Source: Azolla caroliniana (Eukaryota; Plantae; Polypodiophyta). Taken from it: DNA of 64,000 bases. Of the stretch, positions 50,501 to 62,706 are shown piece by piece. The notes under the pieces were generated by a model. The model was not told the DNA's origin and searched no databases. It was given only the letters and a program-made list of their open reading frames with translations. The stretch covers positions 21,948,001 through 22,012,000 of the forward strand of contig JBHGNT010000006.1 in NCBI GenBank assembly GCA_043228905.1. Reading direction: 5' to 3'. Numbering within the stretch: the stretch's first letter is position 1; each line of letters opens with the position of its first letter. The translations under genes and the position numbers were made by a program.

Positions 50501-51049
50501 GATTGCGGCATACTCTACAAGACCGTGATGCCAATACGACTCAAGGTGTACACAGACGCCGATTGGGCCGGCTACAAAGCCGATAGAAGATCAACCTCCG
50601 GATTTGTTTTCTCCCTCGGCAGCGGAGCAATATCCTGGAGCAGCAAAAAGCAACCAACCGTCGCTCTTTTGAGTACGGAGGTGGAATACAAGGGCGCAAT
50701 CGTAGCTGCGTGTGAAGCCGTATGAGTCAAGAGGATTTTGAAGGATCTGGGCATACCCATCACGGATTTGACTTCCCTTTACTGTGACAACATGAGCAGT
50801 ATCTATCTGGCTCGGAACCCGGTGTTCCACGCGCAGACAAAGCACATCGAAGTGCACTATCACTTCATCCGAGAACGCGTTCTGGCTGACGATGTCGACC
50901 TACAACACATTAGCACCAATCTTCAAACAACCGACATCTTCACTAAAGCCTTAGGAGCCGACAAGCTATGGCAATTCATGACCGATCTTGGATTGATGAT
51001 CCCTGACTTGCCAAGCTTGAGGGGGAGTACTGAAGACACTATGCAATAA
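46021..51049 (+). pseudogene. copia D gag-pol with stops, frameshifts and a solo LTR insertion
   Basis: CGYCGKLGHHEEEC, WFVDSGASNHMT, HSDVW, RSDGGKEY, YVDD, YTDADWAG, TKHIEVHYHFIRE. Confidence 0.92.
47081..47833 (+). mobile_element. solo LTR (family E) inserted in the copia D protease
   Basis: TG...CA ends; perfect TSD GACAT (47076-47080, 47834-47838); removal restores NHMTSHQEWF; four 54-bp tandem units at about 47155-47365. Confidence 0.93.
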
Positions 51050-51736
51050 TGCGTAGATTCTGCAACCGTGCACTACGCAATAACGCGTGGATTCCGCAAC
51101 CTCGCAACGAAGTAGCGAAGAGCCGATCTACCGCGCAAAGCCGCGAAGAAAGACACAAGTCGAAGCATAGACTTCGCAACTACGTACGCATGCCGAAGCA
51201 CAGACTTTGTAAATACGCACAACGCAAGCCGGAGCACGGATTCCGCAACTCCGCATAAAGCGAGTCAACGCGGACTCCGGAACGCAAGTTGAAGCGGATT
51301 TCGGATACCGTCTGAAACCGACCCGACTTGAGCTTGAGGGGGCGTGTTGAGAATCAAGCTCAACTTGGTCTAGTGTGTGAACTCACCTTGAGAGTGAAGA
51401 GACACTCCAACGGTCAAGAGTCACCATTATGTCACCACTTTGTATTCTAGCATTTAGTATGAGTCATAGAATCATATTCTATGACACATAACTTATGAGC
51501 TTTCACATTCCCTATGCTCCATGAGTCTTGTAGTTAATGAAGAGAGAGGGTGACTACATAAAGCACCCTCCTCCCACCTTGTATGTAGTTGAGTCTTTCT
51601 CCTTTGTTAATACAATCTACCTTGCGTATTCTCTGTGTATTATTCCTTGTCTCTCTCACTCACTCTCTCTCTCTCTCATACACACACATAACTCACATCT
51701 CTTCCGCTTCACAAGAATCATATCCGATTCTTTACA

Positions 51737-51810
51737 ACTTTCATAGCTCATTTGGTTAGAGCACCCGTTTAGTAAGCGGGAGGTCTTGAGTTTAAATCTC
51801 AATGAAAGCA
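51737..51810 (+). tRNA. tRNA-Thr(AGT), probable pseudogene
   Basis: 74-nt match to plant tRNA-Thr(AGT) GCTTTCATAGCTCAGTTGG...AATGAAAGCA with changes at position 1, in the D loop and in the B box (GAGTTTAAATC). Confidence 0.8.
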
Positions 51811-52227
51811 AACACTCTCTTTACATGATATCTAAATTAGTGCATAGAAGGAAATGGACAAAATCCAAAAATTGATGTTAATATATACTTGACAAAGCAC
51901 TAAAACATAGTTTTCAAGCGAGGTCTTTGAGTTCATCACTAAATGAAAACAAAAACTTTGTTTACTTGATATCTATATTAGTGCATGGAAGGAAATAGAC
52001 CTAATCCAATTGTTATTTTGATCTCATATTTGATGGTGCGCTGAAACATAGATTTTGAGCACATCCAATATTTGGAAGCTTTTATGACTCGTTTGATTTG
52101 ATTACCTATACTTTATTTATAAGCCTTCATAGCATAGTTGCTAAACAAACGTATTTAGTAACAAGTTTGAATGCAAGCTTTTAGTGCATATTTGGATAGG
52201 AAAGTTATTGACTACTTTTTAATGTAA

Positions 52228-52301
52228 GATTTCCTAGCTCAGTTGGTTAGAGCACTTGTTTCGTAAGGGAGAGGTCTTGAGTTCCACTATCAACGAAAGC
52301 A
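52228..52301 (+). pseudogene. tRNA-Thr pseudogene with CGT at the anticodon
   Basis: Full-length copy of the same body, loop TTCGTAA, mismatched stems. Confidence 0.75.
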
Positions 52302-52657
52302 AACACTTCATTTATTTGATATCTAAGTCATTCCATGGAAAGTAGTAGATAGAAGCCAATTGTTGTGTTTACGTGAAACTTAATGACGGGGTTATACATA
52401 TATGTTGACCATATCCAAATATTGTAAGTTCTCATAACTTGTTTGCGCAGATCACGTATACTTTATTTGTAAGCTTTCATAGCATAGTTGATACATAGCA
52501 AATTTGATCAATAAGCTTACTTAGTAATAACCTTGACTGTAAGCTTTCGTAGCTCAGTTGGTTTGAGCACCTGTTTTTGGTAAGCAAGGTTATTTAGTGG
52601 ATTTAAGCTTTGATAGCACCTCGATTAATAAGTTAGTTGGTAATAATCTGAATATAA

Positions 52658-52714
52658 GCTTTCATAGCTCAGTTGGTTAGCGGGAGGTCTTGAGTTCAAC
52701 TCTCAATGAAAGCA
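52658..52714 (+). pseudogene. tRNA-Thr copy lacking 17 nt of the anticodon arm region
   Basis: Perfect 5' (A box) and 3' (B box) parts joined as GGTTAG-CGGGAGG. Confidence 0.8.
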
Positions 52715-53728
52715 AACTCTCTCTTTACTTGATATCTAAATTACTGCATAGAAGGAAATGGACAAAATCCAATTATTGATGTTATTAAATACTTGACAAA
52801 GCAATAAAACATATTTTTATGATGCAGGACTTGAGTTCATCACTAAATGAAAGGAAAAACTTTATTTACGTGATATCTAAATTAATGCATTGAAGAAAAT
52901 AGACTTAATCCAATTGTTATTCTGATCTCATACTTGATGGTGCGTTCAAATATAGATTTTGAGCATATCCAATTATTGTAAGCTTTTATGACTCATTTGT
53001 TCTGATTACCTACACTTTATTTGTAAGCTTTCATAGCATAGTTGGTAAACAAATGTATTTAGTAACAAGTTTGAATGTAAGTGTGAAAGTGTTTTTAGAA
53101 TTCAAGCCATTGAAAATTAGAAGAATATAAGGTTTAAGAAAGTATGTGTTTTTGTATGAATCACGCATCACCATATATGTGGCCTCTTTTGGTTGACATA
53201 GCTGTTAACATAATATAATTGTAATATATTAACATATAATTGTTAACTCTTCGGGCCGGACAATGGCCTAACACAGGGTGTCTACGGGAGACACCTCACC
53301 AAAGGGTGTTACGGCAACCGGATTAGACTTCAACGCTTAATCCGACTTAGTTAAGTTACTTATTAGGATCGTCTTTCATAACACGCGTAAGATATAACAA
53401 TTAAGACAGAATGACAATTAACACAAAGAGATAACAACGCTTAAGCTTTCATTAATTAACCGCCCACTATTACATTGTATCCGGGCCTTTAAATAGGTTT
53501 CCGGTCTGTATTACAAAACGGTGCCATCCGCACCTGTTCGGGATCGGTCCGGATCCGGAACGGCATACCGTTTCCTGTCCGTCCGTCCACACTCATAGCT
53601 TAATTACAACCACATTCCTACTACTTAATTAGCTCTCTGTTTCCCACTCTGGACTCCTTTGCCGGCCGGTAACACATGGCACGCCCGTGGGACAGTACCT
53701 TGTACGTCGAATCCACAACCGACCCTTG

Positions 53729-56485
53729 CTATTCTTCGTCCAAAATGTCCAGAATGCTTTGTTCGAGAGGCTCCAATGGTTCATCTGGAAGTGGTTGTTG
53801 TTGTTGTTGTTGTTGCTGCTCTGTTGTTGTCTGCTGCGACGGGTCCGTTGGTGGTTGCTGCGGCTGCTCCTCCGTTTGTGGCTCTGACACCGGCGTCTCC
53901 GTTGTTGCTCCCTGCGTCGTAGTGGTCTCCGGTTGACTGGTTCCCGGCAGGCCCTCAGCCAGCGACGGTTCCTCATCACTAAGGTTAACTGTTGTCGCTT
54001 CCCGTGCTTTTTCTTCCCTGGACCGCTCGTAGCTTTCAAACTGGATTTGAGCGTCCAGCCTATCATCGTCCAGCTGAGCTACGAGTTGCCTGACCTGCGC
54101 CAGCTGTTCATCTGCCAGGACTTGGAAGTCGTCGGCCAGCTCGTCCCGTATGGCGGTGAAGTCCTCGGAAGTCAACGTATAACAGTCATCTCATTCCTTC
54201 CGCCGGTTTGCCACATCCGCCCGTAGTAACTGGAGTTCCACCGCGTTTTGTGCCCACTTTGTCCACCATTTTACGGAGCTTTCATCAATCAAGTGTTTCG
54301 TCTGATTCAGCCATGCCCGGAGGATGGACTGAATCCGGCTCGTTTCCAATTGCGATTTGGTTTCCGCCGCTTGCCGTTCCTCCTTCAGTTGTTTGATGAT
54401 TTTGACGTTGTCCTCCGCCTGCGCCTTGTAATGCGTCAATTGCCTTTGATATGTACTTTGTAATTTATGCAATACTGTTGACGCTCTCTCTTTGTCTTCT
54501 TGCTGCTGCCTCTGGAGCTCCATCCGGACCTTCTCCGCCTCTTCCAAGCGTCTTGTATTTTCCGCCTGTTTGTCGGCGATCGCCGTCGCGGCCCGATCAA
54601 CTGCCTGCTGGAGCTCGGCCATCCGTTCTTTATGCTCCGTTTCCAGCCGTTTGTAGTCCCGGTGCAGGTGCTCAAAATCATCCGTCTTTTGCTTGGGCCG
54701 TGCGTTGATCTGACGACGGGCCCGGTCCTCGCGGTCTTTCTGTTGGCGGAGCTCTTCCTTTAGCCGTTCAATCTCTGTTTCCACCGTTTTTCGCAGCTTG
54801 TCCTTTTCCTGTAGCACTTTGTCTTTCTCCTCTTTTAGCCGGTCGTACGCTTGATGGCCTTTCTGGAGGCTCTCCTCTACCCAGCGGAGGTTCTCAGCAG
54901 TCTTCTTTAATTCGGCTTCGGCCGCCGTCTTCAATTCTCGTTCACGGCTCCTTAGCGCTTCTTGTGCGGCAAGTTCCTCTCTCAATTCCGCAAGCTCCCG
55001 AGCTTGCGCCGCATCTCTCGCCGGAAGGGTTTCCGTTACCGGGGTCTTATTGCTATGTACAGGTCGTTCCGTTTCTTTATTCTGTACACTTACCGGAGTC
55101 ACCGGTGATTGGATCCGTATTTTGGCCATCTCTGTCATGACCTGATCCAAATCTTTTTCAAGGCACCGGATTCTGGACCGGGCCGTCTCTAGTAATTCGG
55201 TTGTGACGAGCAACCGTTCTCTTTGCGCTCTTTCTTCCGCCTCTATATACCCCACTGCTCCGGCTATCTGTTCGCCTATCCACCGGAGCCACAGGCTACC
55301 GGTGCCTTGTTGTGCTTGCACAGAGGTTTGATAGATGGGCTCACTTGTAGAGGGGTGGTCCCGCCTGGTTGCGCCGAGTTGCAGTTCCTTTTCTGCTCGT
55401 GGACCATCCTGCTGTCCTGGTTCCCCTTGCGCTTCTTCTTGGCTGATTGAGGGAGGCTGTAGTGACCTTTTCGGCTCTGGCGGGATAGGACTTGCCGGTG
55501 TTGCCGGTGGTGCCGGGGCTTCTGTTTCTGGTGCCATCTGCACCGGTTCCGGTTCCTTCCTTGGCGTGGGAGTCTCAGTCTGGGGAGCCGGTGTTCTCTC
55601 CGTCTGAGGGTCCGAACGTTTCCCGGCTGTCTCAACGGTCCTTGCCGACGACCGTCGCTGGAGGTGCTCCGTAGGCTCCTCCTCTATTTCCTCCTCCTGA
55701 GCTCCGGCATTGAGTTTTGCCGCCAAGGGGTCCACTTCTCGAATCACCGGTCGGCGGAGTGTGACCTTTACGGGCCGTGCCGGTGGTTCCTCCTGCGCCT
55801 CCGTTGGGCGCTTCCGGCTTCCGCTTCCTGTTGCTGCCTATTCTGCATCCACCGCCTTTCCCTTACTGGCCTTAGAGGCCAACAGCTGTTGCCGTTTCGA
55901 AGCCGTCCTTGGGGTGCCGTCCGGCACTCTTCCTCGCTTCTTGGGCTGGACGGTCTGAACGGGTCTGAGCCACTGCGTTACGGCGTGCCATATCCTTCGT
56001 CTGTCTCGGCCTTCTTTGTCGTCTTTGCCTCTGACGATCTCAATTGCCGCACACAACCCGTCTGTAATCAATACCGGCCAATCCACCTTGATCCCTTCAT
56101 AGGTGGCGATGATCATCCTTGCCCGGTTCTGCGGCATGACAGGGGGTCTAGGGTACACGTGGCCGTATTCATGGAGCACATGAGCAATTTCGCGGAACAG
56201 CATATCCCCGTCGCCCTGTGTCCGGTAGCCCTTGCTGGCTAGAGAGTACTCACCAAAATACCTAATGAGTTGCTCCGGGGTTGGATTGTCGATCGTGAGT
56301 ATGCCTCCCTCCAGAAGGCATGTTAACGCTCGAATCGCCTCTGCCGTTATGACCTCTGTATCGATTTCCTTGATCACTTTGTCGGCTTCTTTGTGTGGCG
56401 GTACTTCCATCATCATCAAGAAGTCCTCGAGCCCGTGTTGCTTCAGCCATGTCTTGGCGGCTTCCGACAGCGTTTGCGGGTCCAT
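53729..56485 (-). pseudogene. extra ORF (~918 codons) downstream of integrase: globular N-domain, Pro/Glu linker, long coiled coil
   Basis: ORFs 55838..56707, 54191..55747 and 53729..54175 share one frame and are broken by two single stops; MDPQTLSE start aligns with MDSMTLSK of C1. Confidence 0.82.
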
Positions 56486-56859
56486 CTCTGTGTCGGGGTC
56501 AGATTGTGGTAGCGAGGATGGATGGTGATGAGAGTGGGGTTGAGAAAGAGAGAGTTCAGAAGGCGGGGGTTCTCTGTGTGCAGGTTCTCGTCTGATGATC
56601 TTGAAGCATTTCGGTGCTTCTGTGCTCCTGGGTTCGCGAAAGTAGAGGGTCTCTACGCGCAATGGTTTTTGTCTGTGCATTCTGGCGCCTTTTTCGAGTT
56701 TGTGCATGTCGCGTACTTAAAATAGCATTATGTCCTGTGATGGCGCTTTAAATGCCCACCACGTACCTTTTCGCTCCACGCTCTTTCCTCCATTCATTCG
56801 CTTTTGCATGATTGTTTTTTTTTTTTTTCTTTTCAGTTATTATTATTCTTAGTGTGACG

Positions 56860-59800
56860 TCACATGTCCGTTGGTCCTCCCGGACCCTTACCGGCCTCAT
56901 TCTCTCCGGTTCCCGGCTTGCCGTCTCTGCCGTCTTGGTGGTTGTCGTTGGTCCTTTGCTCAAACGGGTTCTTAGGCATCGGTCCTCTATATGCCTTTAA
57001 CCGGAATCCGTTGACCCATTTGCCCAGCACTTCGTTGGCAAGTGTCCCCAACTGGTAGGACCCATTATACTCCTGTGTTAGCCAATATGGTCCGGTCCAT
57101 CTAAACCTTAGTTTACACGGCATCTTGCCCATCCGGGTTTGGAATACTAACACTGGTTTGTTGATTGCGAAGATTTTTTCGTTACCTTTCCTGTGCCGGT
57201 CGACGAATGCTTTCCATTGCCGTTGCTCCAATTCTAAATGTAGGATGCTGGCCAACCGTTGTTCCTCCAGCTCACACATCGCTGTCAACCTTATTGTCTC
57301 CAACTCCTTCTCGTTCAGCCGTTCTCGTAGCTGGATCCGTAAGCTAGGTACTTGAAATTCTACCGGCATGACCGCCTCGAGTCCGAACACCAACCGGAAC
57401 GGTGTTGTTCGGATGCTCGTTTTGTATGCCGTCCGGTATGCCCAAAGCGCGCTATGTAGCTTTGTGTCCCAATCCGTTCGGTTCTCGTTGACGATCTTCC
57501 GAAGGATGTTCTGGAGCGTCTTGTTTGTTGATTCCGCTAATATGTTCGCCTGTGGATAGCAAGGTGTGCTTCGTTTGTGGACCACGGCATAGAAGGTCGT
57601 TAGGCTTTCCACTACTTGTCCGAGAAAGTGCCCCCCTTGGTCACTTATCAATTCAATGGGGCATCCGTAACGGCACCAGATGTACTCATATAGAAACTTT
57701 GCCGTTGACGCAGCGGTGTTATCCCGTAAAGCTTTGGCCTCCACCCATTTCGTGCAGTAATCCGTAGCAACGATAACGTACCGATTACCCGTTCTCATTG
57801 CCGGTGGCTTGAACGGTCCTACAAAGTCCAGCCCCCACTTTTGGAATGGCTCGAGTGGTAGTACCGGTTGGTGTGGCATACGAGCCTGCTTTGTTGGCTG
57901 GCCCATTCTCTGGGATAGGTCACATTCTTTTGCGTACCGTACCGCATCTCTTAATGTCGTTGGCCACCATAGGCCACTTTGCCATATTTTTCTGGCTGTC
58001 GCATCTCCGGCATAGTGACCTCCGGCAAGTCCGCAGTGGGCTTCCCTCAATATCAGTTCCTTTTCATCGTTGCGCACCGCTCGTCTCCATATGCCGTCAG
58101 CGCCCTTGTGGTACAGTGTGTCTTGCAGTAAGCAGAAATGTCGGCTTTGTACCGCCAGGCGTTTCCGTTCGTCCCGGTTCAGCTCTTCCGGAGGCAGTCC
58201 TGTGCTCAAAAACTGGTGCATATTTGTGAGCCACTTGTCTTCCTGGGCCACTATCTCATCTGTTGCCGTCTCCGTAGTGACTCGAAACAGCTCCGCATCC
58301 GGAAACTCATCCGGTACTCCGTCACCCGTCTCTCCGGACTCCAATCAGCTTAAGTAATCCGCTACGGCATGCTGTATACCGGGTCGGTGGAATATTTCAA
58401 ACTCGAACTCCTGTAACAATAAGGTCCACCGGGCCAATTTGCCAGTGAGTGACGCCTTGGACACCAGGTAAAGGAGTGCCGAATAATCTACATGGAAGGA
58501 AAACATCCTTCCCAATAAATAGTGCCGAAACTTTGTCACACTGTAGATCATTCCTAGAGCTTCCTGTTCCGTAGTAGAGTAGTTCCGTTCTGCTTGGGAT
58601 AGCTTCCGGCTGGCATAGTACACTGGCCGGTACCACTTTGGTTCCGTAAGCTGCATCAGTACGCTTCCGATTGCGATGTTGGAGGCGTCCACGAACACGT
58701 GAAATTCTTTACTCCAATTTGAAGGTTGTACTACCGGTGCCTGCGACAATAGTACCTTGAGGGCCTTATACGCCCTATCCTCAGTATCGGTCCACTGGAA
58801 TGGTGTCCGATGTACGGCGGCATGCAACGGTGTAGCCAGGTCGGCCAAGTATCGGAGCATCCGGCTGTGCCACCGGATCTGGCCTAAGAACCGGCTTAAT
58901 GCCTTTGCTGTTGCCGGCGCCGGTGCTTCTAATATGGCTTTCACTTTGTCCGGGTCGACTGCAATACCTTCCTGGCTCACGATATGTCCTAATAAAGTTC
59001 CACTCGACACGCCAAATACACACTTTGCCGGATTCAAGCTTAGCCGGTACGCTCTACACTTTTCTAGACAAAGACGGAGGTGCTGAAAATGGTCCTCCTC
59101 CCGGCTATAGACGGCGAAATCGTCAAGGAAAACCTGCATAAAAGCCGGTATATATTCACCAAAGATTTCCATGATGATTCGCTGAAACGTTGCCGGTGCC
59201 GTTTTGAGTCCAAACATCATCACCACGGCCACAAACACCCCCCATTCGGTGACGAATGCCGTTTTCTCTTGGTCGTCGGGGTGCATCCGTATCTGATTAT
59301 ACCCGCTGAATCCGTCTAGGAAGCTATAGACCTCGTGGCCGGCGACGACATCCAACACTCCATCTGTGAACGGAAGTGGAAACGCATCCGTTACCGTAGC
59401 CGCCTTGAGTTTCTGGTAGTCCACGCAAACTCGAATTTTTCCGTTCTTCTTCGGTACGACTACGATCAGGCTCAGCCATTCGCTTTCTTTACCGGACGGA
59501 TAAAGCCAACTTGTGGCAGTTTGTCGATTTCTTCCTTGACCTTGGCAGCATAATTGGGATTCATCTGGTACTGTCTTTGTGCCACTGGTTTTGCGTCCTT
59601 GCTCAAGTGCACTCGATGCTGGTATAACTGAGGGTCGAGTCCTCGCATGTCTTCGTATGACTAGGCGAATACGTCGCGAAATTCCGTGAGAAGTGTTATC
59701 ATCGCCGTTTCTGTGGACTTCATCTCCTTGGCGATGTGCACCGGTTTTGCTTCGTCCATGGTGCCTAAATTCACCTGTTCCAGTTGCGATGCTTTTACGC

Positions 59801-62660
59801 GCTGTGAAACGGCCATTTCCCGTTCCAACGCTTCTTGCGCTTGCCGTAACTCCCGGATTGCGTCTTTATCCAGTTCTGCTTCCGCCTCTTCCGGTTGCGG
59901 TAAGTATGGTGCTACGGCTTCGGCAATGTCAATTTCGAAGAGGGGTATGATCTTCGGGTTTTCCTGCAGGTATTGAGCTTCTTCTTCGTCCGCTAACCCT
60001 TCGAGCATGTTGATGCATTCCGCATACAACGGTGTACATTCCTTGCCAGTGCTCGTCCTTGGCTGTGTTGGTACCCGTACTTTGGCTTTTCCTCGCCGGA
60101 AGGTAATTATATTTTTTCGCCAATTCTGTTAGATATGTGCCGTTTTCAACCATGGCCGCCCCAGCAATAGCGGGTATGCGCCTTGTCCCTGTAATTGTAG
60201 CACTACGGCCGAGATGTGAAATGTATGCCCGCCGACGGTGACTTCTAATTTCCGTATTAATCCTGTCGGCCGCACTGAGCTTGTATCGGCCATCCGCAAC
60301 CAGAACGGACACGGCTCCCACTCGTGGATTCCTAGGTCATCACACGTCCGGAGGCTTATTACATTTACCCCAGAGCCTCCGTCTATAACTATGCTGGGGA
60401 GTTCTTTCCCTTTTACAATGGCAGTGATTACCGGACTGCTGGTATTTACCACTGTTGGTCCCTCCTCCGGATTCGAGAAGAGTACCGGTGCCGGTGATGG
60501 TTCTCCTGCCGTCATGGCCGTCTTCAGTCCTTCCGTGAATCTAGGCACGAGTTGTAGGAGTCTTCCTAGTGGTAACGTAATCTGGCATTCTTGCAACGCC
60601 TGCCATGTCTCGTTCTCGGAGTGACTACCGCTGGCAAGCCCTGCGGTGTTCTCCTTTTGCTGCTGTAAGTCTGTGACATTCTGTTTGTTTGCTTTCTTTA
60701 CGCATTCCGTTGCTTGTTTGCGGATGGTCTCCTGTGTCTCCCATTCTTTGGCCATGCCCTTCGACCTTGTGGTCACCTGCTGCAGGTCTGCCACCTTAGG
60801 GACTACCATATTTACCGCCGGTCGTTTTTCATAGCTCTTCACCGGGCATTGGTTACTATAATGGCCTTCCTGTCAGCAGTAGTAGCAGTAGGCTTTCCGG
60901 GCATTGCTAGATTCGGCCTTGTCTGTTGTACCCGGGGCAGGTCCTACGGTACGCGCGGGGTTTTGTACCGGTTGGTTACTTGGAGCGCCTTGTTCCGGAT
61001 CCCGGGGGTAGCCGCCTTTTTTAAAATGCCGTTTTTTGTTAAAGCTCTTCTTATTACGATACTCTTGACGGGGTTGCCCGTTATATCTGCTGTATTCCTC
61101 CCGTTGCTGACGATACCCGGGGGAGTGCTCCCGGTCGTACTGTTCGTATCGTCTATTGTAATCCTGGTACCGATCATGCCGGTCATAGTTATCTCGCCGA
61201 TCACCGTACCGGACATCATTTTCCCGTCGCTCGCCATACCGGACATCATTTTCCCGTCGCTCGCCATACCGGACATCCTGTGCCGGTCAGTCACGGTCCA
61301 TTCGCCGCCAGCGTTCGTCTTCTTCATCCTGGTTGCTGCGTGGCTCAATTTGTCGGACGAGCGGTGCTTGCCGAGTCAACAGATTATACTCGCACCTATC
61401 CGTCGTATGGCTCTTGGATTGACAGATTACACATTGCGTCCTCATAGTGCATTCTAGAGCCGAGTGTCCGGAATTCAAGCAGGTTGTGCATTGTATTGCT
61501 TGCCGAAACCGGAGGTCCTCATCGGACGGTAACGCCCGTTGAAGTGCGCCCAGTGTGAGCCAGGAGCTTGTCTTTTCCATCTCTTTCACCCGGTCAATGA
61601 CCTGGTCGACGGTACTTGTGTGGAAATCGATTACCGTGCAAACCGTGCGTAGGGGTTCCAGGAGCGCGTTTAGGAATATCGTCCGTAATTCCTCCTCCGG
61701 GGGTGCACGGGCAAGCTGACTATGCATCCGTTGAAACCGGATGACAAATTGGGGAATGCTCTCCCCTGCCTCTTGCCAGATGGTATAAAATAAGCCTACC
61801 ATTACGGTCTGGTCCACCTCCTTTTGAAAAAAATGCATGAATTTAGCTTTTAAATCTGCAAAGGTGTTGATGGTAGACGGGTCCTGCGTCCGGCACCATC
61901 TTGTTGCCGGTCCCTCCAATGTGACGCCAAACTCTGCTATCTTAGAGCGTTCTTCTTCCTCCGGTGTCAGTCGCTGGGACACATGGTTGGCTTCCCATGT
62001 CTGTTCAAAGGCGTGCACATGAGCTTCCGCGTCCGGATCATCTCTATACTTGGAGTACTGGAACGGCATGTCGTCGTCCGGTATCGGTGCGCGGGCTGGT
62101 AGTGTTGGTGCTTGTTCCGAAATTTTCTCCGGTGTCGGTGGTCTTTCCCGATTTGATTCCGGTGTTGGTTGTTTCTCTTCCTTTGGTGACGGAGGCCTCT
62201 CCTCTTCAACTTCCGGTGTCGGAGGTCGTTCTTCTTCTGCTGGTTCCAGGGGTTCCAGCGTTAGCACTTCCGGTTCCAGTTCCGGTGTCGGTAAGGTATC
62301 CGATCCTTCGTCCTCCGGTCCACCCAGGGTTTCGTTACTGCTACGGTAGTTCGTGTGCACGCTGTATTCCCCTTCGGAGTCCGATTCATATGCTGAAAAG
62401 GCCTCTGCTTCGCCTTCTCCATTTGCCAACGCGTGGAGAAGGGATTCGGTTTCCCAGAGGCTGCTTAGGCTACTGCCATCGTCCGGGTGCGATGTTTGCT
62501 GTAGCCAGAGGGAGTCCTTCGCTACTCTCCGGATTACGTTGGAAAACGAGCGATCCGCTCTAATTTCCTGCGCCACTTGCTGGAAAGCCTCGCGTCTCCT
62601 TTGCCTTTCGACAAGGCGTTGAGTTCGATTTGTAACCAGGTCGTGCGTTGATCTAGACAT
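56860..62660 (-). pseudogene. gag-pol of gypsy C2
   Basis: Gag with three CCHC knuckles, protease VIDGGSGVN, RT FLDGFSGYNQI/FLDD, RNase H VFVDAS, integrase WGLDFVG/SDQG/WTGPY; several stops and frameshifts. Confidence 0.92.
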
Positions 62661-62696
62661 CCATCCGTGCCGTCGTTCGCTGCAAAAACAGGAATC

Positions 62697-62706
62697 GTGG
62701 TCGCCA
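62697..62706 (-). promoter_or_regulatory. short PBS TGGCGACCAC, consistent with tRNA-Arg
   Basis: 7 nt inside the 5' LTR end; 10-nt complement to a ...GTGGTCG-CCA tRNA end (plant tRNA-Arg(TCG), from memory). Confidence 0.6.

Larger units (their letters stand above)
45468..51736 (+). mobile_element. Ty1/copia element D (protein related to A), full length, degenerate
   Basis: LTRs 45468-45861 and 51345-51736 (about 7 substitutions seen); PBS TGGTATCAGAGC 45862-45873; PPT GAGGGGGCG 51336-51344; no TSD. Confidence 0.95.
51737..53080 (+). repeat. tRNA-Thr-derived tandem array with ~904-bp higher-order repeat
   Basis: About 11 full or partial tRNA-Thr copies; a shared 3' flank (tttacttgatatcta...gaaggaaat) recurs at about 51811, 51951, 52302, 52715 and 52855; 51737-52180 matches 52658-53080. 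Confidence 0.88.

Noticed and set aside
55664-62622. Many plus-strand ORFs antisense to gag-pol
   Set aside because: Shadow ORFs expected from GC-rich, codon-biased retroelement coding sequence.
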